From: a virus
Taxonomy: Duplodnaviria > Caudoviricetes
IMG/VR virus record: IMGVR_UViG_3300044858_002901
Location: 1 to 31,427 of that record
DNA: 31,427 bases
Strand: one strand, 5' to 3'
Made by a program: the position numbers and the translations under genes. The notes below the pieces were generated by a model. That model saw only the letters and a list, made by a program, of their open reading frames with translations, made no database searches and was not told the DNA's origin. Positions 23,385-31,347 of the stretch are shown here, piece after piece. Positions within the stretch are counted from its first letter, which is position 1, and each line of letters opens with the position of its first letter.

Positions 23385-23540
23385 CACGCATCCTTTCGTG
23401 TGTATTAGCCCCGTGACGTGGGGCACTCGGTCGCATCACCTCTGGGAGAAGAGGCTGCGACTGCCGGCGTTGGTCCGCACTGGGCCGGCTCTACGGGCGG
23501 ATGCAGCTGTGAGCCGCTCAGGCAACCGCGTGCCGTTGGT

Positions 23541-23801
23541 TCAACCGTCGCTCATTGGTCCTGGTTTGCCGCCTCTGTCGTTGACCAGCGGCGCAGGCGG
23601 CTCGTACTGGTGCAGTCGCTTCACCATCTCTGCGAGTTGTGCAGCCCATGACGCCTCGAGCCGATTGATGTCTCGCACCTGCCGATCCATCTGCCGCACG
23701 TAGGATGCAAACCGCGTGTAGCCGCTGTGGTGCAGCAGATTCGCGATGTCATTGCCGCTGAACGTCAGCGGCTCTTCGGCGAGCGGGTGTCGCTTACGCA
23801 T
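23541..23801 (-). CDS. hypothetical protein
   Basis: MRKRHPLAEEPLTF...; overlaps the annealase stop. Confidence 0.6.
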   Translation of the reverse strand: MRKRHPLAEEPLTFSGNDIANLLHHSGYTRFASYVRQMDRQVRDINRLEASWAAQLAEMVKRLHQYEPPAPLVNDRGGKPGPMSDG

Positions 23802-24642
23802 TGGTCTGCTCCGATCCGGCGGCTTCGGCGGCGAACTCCTGGCCGTTGTCCTCGGGCTCGCTCTCAAGCCACTCGCACTTCGTGTCGATCAGCCCGATCA
23901 ACTCGTCACGCTGGGCCTCGGTGAACGTGCCATCGGCATGCCGCTGGTGCACTCGCTGACGGTAGGACGCCAGCACATCGAGGTTGTTGGTCTTTTGCAC
24001 CAGCAGCCTGACGTTCGCCATCGCACCCGAAGCGGCCGTCGTCTGTGCCGCCGCGGGGGCGTCAAGCTTCGGACGCACCACAACGGGCTCGTGGGCCGGG
24101 GCAACCGTCGGGTAGTCCTGTGCCTCTTCGGCCGTAATAAGCCCACGCAGAGCGTCGGCGAATGCGTTACGCAAGGCGAAGCCACGTGCTCGCAGCGTCA
24201 GCATTCGAGCCGGGTAGTTTTGCCAAGGCCCGGCCTTGCCCCACAGCCCCGCCTTCTTGGCGTCGGGCACCGAGAACCGCACCGTTGTGGGTGTCGGGTA
24301 GCCTCGCCGCTTGGCCTCGCACACGGCGACCAGCTGCTCGCCGTCTCCCTCGGTGTACTCGCGGACGTACTCGCAGACCGGGCTGCTCTGCACCAGGGCC
24401 AGGGCAGCGTCACCCCAGATCGTGGGCCGTCCGTTGATAACCGCGATGCTCTGCAGGCTCTGCATCGGGGACAGGCCAACCTCGCTGCCGTGCTGGATGG
24501 CCAGCATGCAGGACTCGGGCTTGCCGCGAAAATCCTTCGGGGCGAACTCCGACGCCGACACCATCTTGGAGAATCGGTAGGCGTCATCGAACGATTGAAG
24601 GGCCAAGCCGCTGGCCCGCTGGGTGCTGATCTCCGTGCTCAT
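23794..24642 (-). CDS. RecT/Red-beta-like single-strand annealing protein
   Basis: AIQHGSEVGLSPMQSLQSIAVINGRPTIWGD and KAGLWGK.GPW..YP.RML..RA..FALR..F.D.L.G motifs. Confidence 0.82.
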   Translation of the reverse strand: MSTEISTQRASGLALQSFDDAYRFSKMVSASEFAPKDFRGKPESCMLAIQHGSEVGLSPMQSLQSIAVINGRPTIWGDAALALVQSSPVCEYVREYTEGDGEQLVAVCEAKRRGYPTPTTVRFSVPDAKKAGLWGKAGPWQNYPARMLTLRARGFALRNAFADALRGLITAEEAQDYPTVAPAHEPVVVRPKLDAPAAAQTTAASGAMANVRLLVQKTNNLDVLASYRQRVHQRHADGTFTEAQRDELIGLIDTKCEWLESEPEDNGQEFAAEAAGSEQTNA

Positions 24643-24798
24643 CTCGCGCGTCCTTTCGTGTTTCGCGAATTGCGAATGTCCTATGAAAATCCCGCTCTGC
24701 GTCCTGCTCGGCGGGTGGCTCGTCCTTCCGTGGTCTGCGGCTCCCTGCCGCCTCCTTCCGCACCTGCGTCTCCGACGCTGGGCGGTCCTTTGCTTCGT

Positions 24799-25071
24799 TC
24801 AGAACGGCACAATTTGTTCGGCCGTCACCGCGTAGTGCAGGTTGCCGTGGTCGGGCACATGCCGACGCACGTGGTACGTGTCCTCGGTGAGCACCTCGAC
24901 CACGACGCCAGCCAGCGTCTGGCCCTTGTCGATGAACCGAATGCGGTCGCCGACCGCGTAGGTGGTGACGAGCGTGCCGTCGCGGTAGCTGGTGGTGCCG
25001 CTCGATAGGGTGTGCTCGGGCATTGCGGCGACGGCGGCGAGGTATTCGCGGGCGTGGGGATCGGCGTGCAT
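24799..25071 (-). CDS. hypothetical protein with KOW/SH3-like C-terminus
   Basis: YAVGDRIRF....LAGVVVEV; AAAGGAG RBS; has its own promoter. Confidence 0.68.
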   Translation of the reverse strand: MHADPHAREYLAAVAAMPEHTLSSGTTSYRDGTLVTTYAVGDRIRFIDKGQTLAGVVVEVLTEDTYHVRRHVPDHGNLHYAVTAEQIVPF

Positions 25072-25098
25072 GCGTGTCTCCTTTGGGTTTGGGTGGCA

Positions 25099-25126
25099 AC
25101 TATACCGGCGTTCAGTGGGGCGTCAA
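25099..25126 (-). promoter_or_regulatory. sigma70-type promoter
   Basis: TTGACG-N16-TATAGT. Confidence 0.65.
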
Positions 25127-25179
25127 GCGGGGGCAACCAACAAAATGAGGGGACTGGAAATTGCGTACACCTGTTTGGC

Positions 25180-25219
25180 GTAGCGTCAGTTAGGCTAACG
25201 AGTAGCGTCAGTTCGTCAA
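25180..25219 (-). promoter_or_regulatory. promoter with 12-bp direct-repeat operator candidates
   Basis: TTGACG-N16-TAGCCT; GTAGCGTCAGTT at 25180-25191 and 25202-25213. Confidence 0.55.
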
Positions 25220-25359
25220 GAGAGAAACCTAGTCAGCGTTCCGATGACGAAATCGATCGCGTGGGCGATGTTCTGGGCCAAGCTCGAGTCGGTGCCCAGT
25301 TCCTGGCCCATGCGGATCAAGACGAGCGATTGCATGGCGGCGTTCCATTGGCGTTTCAT
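25216..25359 (-). CDS. 47-aa hypothetical protein
   Basis: Translated by hand: MKRQWNAAMQSLVLIRMGQELG...; GGAGG RBS. Confidence 0.55.
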   Translation of the reverse strand: MKRQWNAAMQSLVLIRMGQELGTDSSLAQNIAHAIDFVIGTLTRFLS

Positions 25360-25449
25360 AGTGCGGCCCTCCCTGGCCGGGTAATCCTGTGTGCGATTGC
25401 CACCCGTTTCGCAGCTGTCGGCAGGCCGGGTGGCCCCACCCTTGAATTG

Positions 25450-25809
25450 TCAGTTGGCCATGAGGATTTCGGCGTCATGCTTTCCGTTGTGGCGAGAAGC
25501 CCACAACTTGACAACGCCATCGCGGACAACGCATGGAAAGTTCTCGCGATTGGCACGCATGATTTCGCTATCGCTGCCGCCATTGGCGACCGCTGCGCGG
25601 ACGGCGTCAACAGTTTTCGCGAACCGAGACAAATACTTGATGTCGGTCGCGTTGCCGCTGCCGCCGCGAATCTTGCTAGCACAGATGACGCCCCAGTGCT
25701 GCTCTTCGCCGCTCACCTCAACGCGAACCGTCCGCTTGAGGTTCGTCTTTCCGCAGCAGCCGCAGGTGTCTTCGTCGCTCGTTCCAAGGATTTTGATTTG
25801 GTCGTTCAT
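25450..25809 (-). CDS. small zinc-binding hypothetical protein
   Basis: TCGCCGKTNLKRTV...HWGVICA; AAAGGA RBS. Confidence 0.72.
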   Translation of the reverse strand: MNDQIKILGTSDEDTCGCCGKTNLKRTVRVEVSGEEQHWGVICASKIRGGSGNATDIKYLSRFAKTVDAVRAAVANGGSDSEIMRANRENFPCVVRDGVVKLWASRHNGKHDAEILMAN

Positions 25810-25877
25810 CGTTCGGTTCCTTTCGTCTCGTGGTGTCGTGCCCGTTGGCCCAGGTGCCAGCGGGCGAGGATGTGCGG

Positions 25878-26177
25878 TCAGATCGCGGCGATGAACGCCG
25901 GGCTGACGCCGCTGATGTTCATGGTGAAGCAGCCGTGCAGCATGGCCGAGTAGCCGCCGACCCCCGAGCCGTCCGTGCCCCACATGCTGCCGCCGCGAGC
26001 CTTCACGAGCGACAGGATGCCGTAATACTCGCCGTCCAGCTTGACGAACTCCTCACGGCTGCCAGCGGTGAAGTGCTTGGTGATCGTGACCACGTTTTCG
26101 CGGCTGCTGATCTTCCATCCAGCCTCACGGGCGGCGGCAACAAACTTGGCGGCGGCGGTCTTGGTGGCGGTCTTCAT
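25878..26177 (-). CDS. hypothetical protein
   Basis: MKTATKTAAAKF...; GGGAG RBS; downstream of the promoter at 26229-26257. Confidence 0.7.
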   Translation of the reverse strand: MKTATKTAAAKFVAAAREAGWKISSRENVVTITKHFTAGSREEFVKLDGEYYGILSLVKARGGSMWGTDGSGVGGYSAMLHGCFTMNISGVSPAFIAAI

Positions 26178-26228
26178 CGTTCGTCTCCCGGCTGGCGTTG
26201 CGTCAGGTCTCATGTGCCTGACGTGTGT

Positions 26229-26257
26229 ACTCTAGGCTATCGTCACTTAGGCGTCAA
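26229..26257 (-). promoter_or_regulatory. sigma70-type promoter
   Basis: TTGACG-N17-TAGAGT. Confidence 0.65.
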
Positions 26258-26303
26258 GTGGGTGAGAAAAGATTTTTTTGGGGGCGTTTTCGCGGGGGAA
26301 ACG

Positions 26304-26582
26304 CTACTTCCGGCGACGTGCGGCCTTCTTGGCCGTCTTCCGTTTGGCGGCTGGCCGCTTGGCGAGATGCCGCTTGCCATTGGCCCTGGTCGTCAGGCCC
26401 GCCTTGGCCTCGGTGGCGGCGGCCTCGGGGATGAGCCAGACCCGCTGGCCGATCCGCTTCGCTCCGCGGAGCTTGCCAGCGCCCAGGAGTGTCCGCACCC
26501 ACGCCTCGGAGCACCCCATGTACTCGACGGCCTCGGATACGGTGAGCCACTTGCCCGGCGCAAAGTCTGCCATAGCGATCAT
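26304..26582 (-). CDS. excisionase-like HTH (HTH_17/MerR-like) with Lys/Arg/Ala tail
   Basis: WLTVSEAVEYMGCSEAWVRTLL..GKLRG.KRIG.RVWLIP; divergent from the recombinase. Confidence 0.82.
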   Translation of the reverse strand: MIAMADFAPGKWLTVSEAVEYMGCSEAWVRTLLGAGKLRGAKRIGQRVWLIPEAAATEAKAGLTTRANGKRHLAKRPAAKRKTAKKAARRRK

Positions 26583-26588
26583 GCCCAA

Positions 26589-26617
26589 ATACTAGGTTGC
26601 CGATAGTTCGCAGTCAA
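26589..26617 (-). promoter_or_regulatory. sigma70-type promoter (probably leaderless transcript)
   Basis: TTGACT-N17-TAGTAT, with the ATG starting 7 nt after the -10. Confidence 0.6.
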
Positions 26618-26798
26618 ACTGTCCTGCCGCCGCATCCAGCAGAATCCGCCCACTTCCGCCAATCCGAGAATCGCAGTCCCAACACCGCGACAATCGAACT
26701 AGTGAACAAAAGTAGTAGCGGAGGGCATGGGAGCAGGAAAGTCGTACACACTGAACTTGTGTATACTGCCGCTACAACACCAAACGGGAGGCAGTCAG

Positions 26799-27740
26799 AT
26801 GAAGATTCGGGAGCTTTTGCACGAGCGGTACGCACCGTTGCACAACCTGTCGGCCAGGAGCGTGGTGCTCTTCGGCCATTCCATCGACCGGCTAAAAGAC
26901 TTTCTGCAGCGGGAGCCGGAAACTACCGACTTTGACGATCTGGTGATTGCGAAGTTCTTGCGATGGCGGGCCGTCACACCGCACCGCGGCAAGGTCTGCT
27001 CGCCGGCCAGCGTGGCGAAGGACAAGGCCCACATCAGCGCTTTGTGGAACTTCGCCGCGAGAAAGCGGATCGCTGCCGAGTTCCCTGATTTGCCACGCCT
27101 GCGGGTTCCCACGCGGCCCCCACTGGGCTACACGGTCGCCGAGGTGTCTGCACTCGTCAGAGCGGCCAGAACGGCACACGGCTCAATTGGTGGCGTGCCA
27201 GCCCCATGGCTATGGATGACACTGATTCAGTCCCTTTGGTACACGGGCGAGCGGATCGGCAGCCACCTGCGGCTGCGGTGGTCGGAGGTGGAGCTCGACG
27301 CCTGCCGCATTACGTTCTTGGGCGAGACCCGCAAGGGTGGCATCGAGACGATCCAGCGTGCGATCCACCCTGACCTGGCCCAGCAGCTGCGTCGCTACCG
27401 CAGGGCGGATGCCGATCTCGTCTGGCCGTGGCTCGAGCACCGTCGGCCCAGCAGCCTATTCCAATCGCTCAGGCTGCTGTGCCAGCGGGCCGGCGTCAAA
27501 CCGAGGGGATTCCACGCCATTCGCAAGGCGAGCGGTTCATACGTGAAAGCAGGGGGCGGCGATGCCACGGACCACCTTTCGCATTCCAATCCGAAAACGA
27601 CAAAGGATCATTACATCGACGTTTCGATCACGGGCCAGCAGTCGGCCCTGGACTACCTGCCGCCGCTCGACCTGAACGAGCCGCCGCAGGGAGGAGACAG
27701 GCCAGCGGCTGAATTGGGTAGCAACACGGAAACTAGGTAG
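26799..27740 (+). CDS. tyrosine recombinase/integrase
   Basis: Catalytic set R (YTGERIG), K (TRKGG), HxxR (FHAIRK), H (LSHSN) and Y (KDHYID); GGGAGG RBS. It is the only confident plus-strand gene. Confidence 0.93.
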   Translation: MKIRELLHERYAPLHNLSARSVVLFGHSIDRLKDFLQREPETTDFDDLVIAKFLRWRAVTPHRGKVCSPASVAKDKAHISALWNFAARKRIAAEFPDLPRLRVPTRPPLGYTVAEVSALVRAARTAHGSIGGVPAPWLWMTLIQSLWYTGERIGSHLRLRWSEVELDACRITFLGETRKGGIETIQRAIHPDLAQQLRRYRRADADLVWPWLEHRRPSSLFQSLRLLCQRAGVKPRGFHAIRKASGSYVKAGGGDATDHLSHSNPKTTKDHYIDVSITGQQSALDYLPPLDLNEPPQGGDRPAAELGSNTETR

Positions 27741-27755
27741 TGAAGTAGGTAGGAC

Positions 27756-27826
27756 GAGCCGGGCAAGCGGGGAGGCGTCGCGGGGGAAAGGATGACCCTA
27801 CGCCGCCTCGACCCGCCGCCCGGCTC
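27756..27826. terminator. 71-nt extended hairpin between convergent genes
   Basis: Nested stems GAGCCGGGC/GCCCGGCTC, GCGGG/CCCGC and GAGGCG/CGCCTC; no U-tract. Confidence 0.45.
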
Positions 27827-28037
27827 AATCTCCACGGATCTGCGACAGCGACGGCAGCTCATCCCGCTGTGCAATCGTCACGGCCAGCCGGCCCTTCACT
27901 CGCGACAACTCGGCAAGCAGACGCATGACGTGCGCCGCGAGCGTGCCGCTCGTGCCCTGGTCCCAAGTGCCCTGGAACTTGCGGGCGTCGAACTCGCACT
28001 GCTGGAGGTAGGCGTCGGAGAGGGGCTCAGATGGCAC
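27825..28037 (-). CDS. hypothetical protein
   Basis: GTG start with GGAGGAG RBS; ARKFQGTWDQGTSGTLAAHVMRLL. Confidence 0.65.
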   Translation of the reverse strand: MPSEPLSDAYLQQCEFDARKFQGTWDQGTSGTLAAHVMRLLAELSRVKGRLAVTIAQRDELPSLSQIRGD

Positions 28038-28551
28038 CGTTCTCCTCCCGGTACAGCAGCAGAGCCAGCAGGGCATACGAAGCCAGATCCATGAGGTTGT
28101 CCTCGACTCCCTCGTGCGTGAGCGTGCCAGTGCGGTTGAACGTGGCCAGCCGCGTCACCTTGTCGGACAGGCGAACCATCGCGCCCTTCCACGGCTCAAT
28201 GCCGACGAACACGGCACCGTTGCGAATGTTGGCCAGCGGGTCGTGCTCGCTGCCGTAGTCGCGGCTCTTGGAACTATGCAGAGCCTTCATGCGGTCCAGT
28301 AGATCGAAGTACGCCTGGCTTGTTGGGTGCACGCCGGTCTGCGTCAGCCCGTCGCCACGCAGCCTGTCCCACTCGGCATAGGTCTCGCTGACGTGTTGCT
28401 TTTCCTCTGCTTCTGCAACTTCTTGCAGAGGTTCCGTTACAGCCGGCGACACATAGCCCACCATCTTCGGATCATCTGCTGGCGTCGCGTCCAGCCTGGT
28501 GCGCACCGCATTGCGGAGTGTCTCGTTAGCCGCTTCAAGTGTCGTGCTCAT
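28027..28551 (-). CDS. DUF1599 / nucleotide modification-associated domain 1 (Nmad1)-like protein
   Basis: KSRDYG...DPLAN...VRLSDKVTRL...EGVEDNLMDLASYA. Confidence 0.75.
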   Translation of the reverse strand: MSTTLEAANETLRNAVRTRLDATPADDPKMVGYVSPAVTEPLQEVAEAEEKQHVSETYAEWDRLRGDGLTQTGVHPTSQAYFDLLDRMKALHSSKSRDYGSEHDPLANIRNGAVFVGIEPWKGAMVRLSDKVTRLATFNRTGTLTHEGVEDNLMDLASYALLALLLYREENGAI

Positions 28552-29624
28552 GGTGTCCCCTTTCGTAGATCGCCGTCGCAGAACAGCGGGTACGCCTTCG
28601 TGACTTCCTTCCTGCCGTGGTCGATGACCACGCATCCCTGGCATGGCCGCTCCGGGCTTGCCTTGATGGCCACAGCGTACGGCGAGTGTCCAATCACCGA
28701 GCCGTTGCTCACATACCGCCCACCACGCAGCCAGCCCCAGGTGTGGTAGTGGCCGAACACTGTCAGGTCGGCCCGGCGGTGAGCGTCCCACGCGGCAATC
28801 GCCTTGCTGGCCGGCAGTGCCAGACCGTAGACGCCCCCGGCGTAGCGGATGTTGTGACCGTGGCAGGTGCGAACGATGAACCCGTCAAGGTCGATGTAGT
28901 TGAGATGGCCCGTTCCGATCTGCCACGAGACGTTAGGATTCTTCTCCTCACGCCGCAGCACTTGGAACATGTACTGTTCCCACGAGTGATCGAGTTCCGT
29001 GGCGATGCGATTCTTTTCCGTGCTGCGCCCATGGTTGCCTGCGTTCGTGGCCACTACTACAGAATCGACTCTTTCCGCTATCGCGTCGATGATTCCGCGA
29101 AGCCTGCCCTGGATCCACAGCGTGGCGTTCTGCGGTGAGAGTTGCGCCACCTCGGCGCAGTCTGGGTGGATGTGGCCTGTGATGAAATCGCCACCCAGCC
29201 AGACGAGAACACGCCGCACGTCGGTCAGGTGTCGCTCGTGATCGAGCATGAGGAAGAAACGGTTTAGCAGTTCATCTAGTCGCCGCTCGCAGACTTCGAG
29301 CGAGTAGTCGTTCTCGCCGTTGACCGTCTCGGGCGCGACTCGCTCTTCGCAGTGCACGTCGCTGAGCATCAGCACCATTGTGGCGTCATGTTTTTTGGCT
29401 GACTTCTTCGACGCGACCTTTGGCCGCACGGGCTTCACGCCCTGGAGCGAAAGCATGGAATCCGCCCGCTCGCGTTCCTTGTCGATCTGCGACAGTGCCG
29501 CCTTGTAGCGGCCCTTCAGCGATGCCACCTCAGAGCGCAGCCGCGCGAGTTCCGCGTCGGCCGCGAGTTGGGTGACGTTGGCGAGTGAGTCCGCCACTTC
29601 AGAGGTCAGGGTTTTTCGAGCCAT
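28548..29624 (-). CDS. calcineurin-like metallophosphoesterase with N-terminal coiled coil
   Basis: SDVH, GGD, GNHG, HGH and GHYH motifs. Confidence 0.88.
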   Translation of the reverse strand: MARKTLTSEVADSLANVTQLAADAELARLRSEVASLKGRYKAALSQIDKERERADSMLSLQGVKPVRPKVASKKSAKKHDATMVLMLSDVHCEERVAPETVNGENDYSLEVCERRLDELLNRFFLMLDHERHLTDVRRVLVWLGGDFITGHIHPDCAEVAQLSPQNATLWIQGRLRGIIDAIAERVDSVVVATNAGNHGRSTEKNRIATELDHSWEQYMFQVLRREEKNPNVSWQIGTGHLNYIDLDGFIVRTCHGHNIRYAGGVYGLALPASKAIAAWDAHRRADLTVFGHYHTWGWLRGGRYVSNGSVIGHSPYAVAIKASPERPCQGCVVIDHGRKEVTKAYPLFCDGDLRKGTP

Positions 29625-29854
29625 CTGGTTACTCCCGAGTGGCCGATGTTCACGCCGCGAGCCTGCAATCCCTTTGCGAGACTATGGGCCAGTGCGGTTT
29701 TCGTGGTCGCCAGTTTGCCGTCACGCCACTGGGCCTTGATCGCTATTGCCTCTGCGGCCAGGTCGGCTGGTAGCAAGTCGATCCACGACGCAGGCCCACG
29801 GCGGTCTTTCAGGTTCGCCTTCACTTCATCAAGCAAACTACTCGTCTTCGCCAT
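29606..29854 (-). CDS. hypothetical protein
   Basis: 82 aa; GGAGGT RBS; overlaps both neighbours. Confidence 0.68.
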   Translation of the reverse strand: MAKTSSLLDEVKANLKDRRGPASWIDLLPADLAAEAIAIKAQWRDGKLATTKTALAHSLAKGLQARGVNIGHSGVTRWLEKP

Positions 29855-30131
29855 CCTGCACCTCCCTGTAACCGAGACTCCATAACACCCGTGCGATGTC
29901 CTTGCCCTGCTGCTCGACGTGCTCTTCGCTCTGCGTCGGATTCAAGGCGTGCAGCAGCTCGTGCACCAGCACCTCGAGCTTCTTCCGCCCACGCATGCGA
30001 GCGTCTAAGATAATTCGCGGGTTCTTCGCCTTCTGGCTGAACGTGTACCCGTAGGCCGCACCCTTCAATGTGGTGAACCGGATGAGCCACCGCTCGTCGC
30101 CGTTCAAAGTGAAGACGTGATCGTCGGGCAT
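29838..30131 (-). CDS. small HExxH metallopeptidase-like protein
   Basis: LEVLVHELLHA...SEE motif. Confidence 0.72.
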   Translation of the reverse strand: MPDDHVFTLNGDERWLIRFTTLKGAAYGYTFSQKAKNPRIILDARMRGRKKLEVLVHELLHALNPTQSEEHVEQQGKDIARVLWSLGYREVQDGEDE

Positions 30132-30134
30132 GCG

Positions 30135-30278
30135 TCACCTCGCCGCCATGTAGAGTCCGACGTTCGCAAACGCATAGCCCAGGTAAGCAATCGCCAGCCC
30201 GGTCTTCCCGTGCCACGCGAGGTCCGCGGCAACGACTGCGTAGATGCCGCCAGTGAGAATGATGAGCCAGCCGGCCAT
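30135..30278 (-). CDS. 47-aa two-TM membrane protein
   Basis: MAGWLIILTGGIYAVVAADLAWHGKTGLAIAYLGYAFANVGLY; AAAGGA RBS. Confidence 0.68.
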   Translation of the reverse strand: MAGWLIILTGGIYAVVAADLAWHGKTGLAIAYLGYAFANVGLYMAAR

Positions 30279-30313
30279 GGCGAGTCCTTTCCCACGCCAC
30301 GGTAGCGGGGGCG

Positions 30314-30616
30314 TCAACCGATACCGAACTTCCGGCCCAGGTTGTTTAACGCTTCCTGCCGCTTCTTGCACCCACAGTCCTTGACGCCGACCGCAGATGC
30401 CACGGCCTGCACCCGCTCCTTGGTGACGCCGATGGCGTCGAGGCCAGCGGCCACCATGTCGCCCAGGCCGGGCTTCGCTCGCGGGTACGCGGGGTGCGTC
30501 TCGTCAACCGTGATGACCGCACCGCGCTCGCTGACAATGCACGGTCGCACCTGCTCCAGCGCGTAGCCACGCTCGCGGCATCGGGCCTCAAGGTGTCGCA
30601 GGTGACAGCGAATCAT
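30314..30616 (-). CDS. hypothetical protein with GLGD...CGC motif
   Basis: PGLGDMVA..L..IGV...DCGCKKRQEALN; ATGA overlap. Confidence 0.72.
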   Translation of the reverse strand: MIRCHLRHLEARCRERGYALEQVRPCIVSERGAVITVDETHPAYPRAKPGLGDMVAAGLDAIGVTKERVQAVASAVGVKDCGCKKRQEALNNLGRKFGIG

Positions 30617-31347
30617 GGGAGGGGATTCAAGTCGCGAATAGCTACGGTGTCCATATTGATCCCCTGCCAGCAGTCTTTGTTGCAGTAGTCGCTGTCAATG
30701 TTGAAGATTGGATGCGGCTCCGTTAGCGGTTTCCATTGGCACCCGCCATCAGGACCATACCAATCAGACACGCTTGAGGTCAGTTCGTCGCCTAATGATT
30801 CGGGGCAGCCTGTTTCATCAAGAACGATTGAGAACGAGCGTTTTGTAAGCCTTCCGCGATTGCTTTCTGCGCCGGCGCAGTATTGCAATTGGCACACTTC
30901 CAGCGTGTATTCGCCAGCGGCATTACACAGAAGCCGCATGCACGGTGCCAGCTCAACAGACACCCACCAAATCGGAGGCGGGTCGCGCACGTCTGGGTTG
31001 TCTGTAAACTCGCATATGATGAAATCGACCGGCTCAAAGCCTTCGTAGCATCCACCGTTCCCACAAACACATATGTCACCATCCGGCACGATATCAAAAT
31101 CGAAGCATGTTTGGCACGGCGTAAGGGTCTGCAAATAGCATGAATCGCTGGCGTTATAAGCGGTCGCCTCGCCTTCAGTTGGCTCTGGTGGCGTGTCGCC
31201 CAGCTCCCATTTGCCGCGCTGATTGAACGTGTAATCCACTGCTTTCTCACAAGCGCACGGAGTGCACCCGCAACAGCACTCCTGCTCCGTCCCTACCTTT
31301 CCGTCACGCAGGACGGGCTTGCCGTCTTGAAACGTGATGAGCGTCAT
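30613..31347 (-). CDS. cysteine-rich acidic protein (possible tail/receptor-binding accessory)
   Basis: 244 aa with 21 Cys by hand count, including an N-terminal CCC; visibly lower GC. Confidence 0.7.
   Translation of the reverse strand: MTLITFQDGKPVLRDGKVGTEQECCCGCTPCACEKAVDYTFNQRGKWELGDTPPEPTEGEATAYNASDSCYLQTLTPCQTCFDFDIVPDGDICVCGNGGCYEGFEPVDFIICEFTDNPDVRDPPPIWWVSVELAPCMRLLCNAAGEYTLEVCQLQYCAGAESNRGRLTKRSFSIVLDETGCPESLGDELTSSVSDWYGPDGGCQWKPLTEPHPIFNIDSDYCNKDCWQGINMDTVAIRDLNPLP

Noticed and set aside
25012-25953. 313-aa plus-strand ORF
   Set aside because: It overlaps minus-strand ORFs that have good RBSs and two minus-strand promoters, and it has no motif. It is probably a shadow, although this is not strictly excluded.
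26799-27740. Calling the recombinase intI
   Set aside because: It lacks the IntI-specific insertion, lies about 8 kb from the array, and is paired with an Xis-like gene.
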